Shown: piece by piece, positions 63,450-64,000 of the stretch | Numbering within the stretch: the first letter of the stretch is position 1 | How the letters are laid out: each line of letters begins with the position of its first letter | NCBI GenBank assembly: GCA_030390025.1 | Contig: CM059432.1 | Span: 45,510,001 to 45,574,000 of the forward strand | DNA length: 64,000 nucleotides | Origin: Squalus acanthias | Taxonomy: Eukaryota | Direction: 5' to 3' | Notes under the pieces: generated by a model | Told to the model about the DNA's origin: nothing | Database searches by the model: none | The model's input: only the letters and a program-made list of their open reading frames with translations | Translations under genes and position numbers: made by a program

Positions 63450-64000
63450 TGTAGAATTCGCAAAATTATCGCGATTTTATAAAATAAGAAGAGACATAAA
63501 GTTTCGTACAAACAGCTTTATTTCAGCAGAATGCTGTCAGGTTTTCAAAGCGGACACAAACAGCCTGTAAAATGGCCACCACGCCTCGTGGCAGAACGTT
63601 CTAGACTTTCAATGAGCAGACAAGATGGCGTTCCAATAAACATTTGTGCAAGATCGTACAGGACTCAGCACATTTGAGATAATTGACAAGACATAATGGG
63701 TTTGCATTTTATACATAAATACTGGAATCGGTCTCCCAGGTGCGAATAAGGGCTATTGTACCGAGCGATCAAGAACCCATCCAAAGACATTAATATGCAA
63801 AATCCCCACGACTCTACGATGAGAGAGCCGTTTGCGGGTAGTTACAGAAAGCATTTGGAAGCCCCAAAACCCCTCCAGGGAGACTACTAGCCGGTTACAC
63901 AATGGGAGAAGTATTAACGGGTACTCAGACAGTTACAAGTATCACCGAAACCCATTAAAACGGAGATCACCCTATACAAGAAGTTTGAGCGCCAAAACCC
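63450..64000. mobile_element. Probable LTR inserted in H5, running off the window
   Basis: Abrupt switch from Harbinger sequence to a non-coding, CpG-retaining segment starting TGTAG; the other end is not visible. Confidence 0.4.

Overview
Eukaryotic, repeat-dominated window. The CR1, L2, SacSINE1-like and Penelope repeats point to a cartilaginous fish (shark-like) genome. The only host gene I can support is OSGIN2 on the minus strand. It has four coding exons (7840-7906, 4110-4246, 3223-3414, 358-449) with matching splice phases. The last exon lies left of the window, and possible 5' UTR exons sit near 16.5-17 kb. The rest is transposable-element debris, often nested: CR1 LINEs, L2 LINEs, DeuSINE-type tRNA SINEs, five large PIF/Harbinger elements (a HARBI1-type transposase facing a spliced Myb/SANT gene) with MITEs, Penelope pLTR fragments carrying minimal hammerhead ribozymes, and a probable LTR at the right edge. 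The most unusual signal is a ~3.2 kb single-ORF (APE-RT) CR1/Zenon-like LINE. Its two full-length copies begin with a tRNA-derived A/B-box head, and its sense strand is almost free of T4 Pol III terminators, suggesting an autonomous LINE transcribed by RNA polymerase III. All calls were made by eye; no database searches were run.
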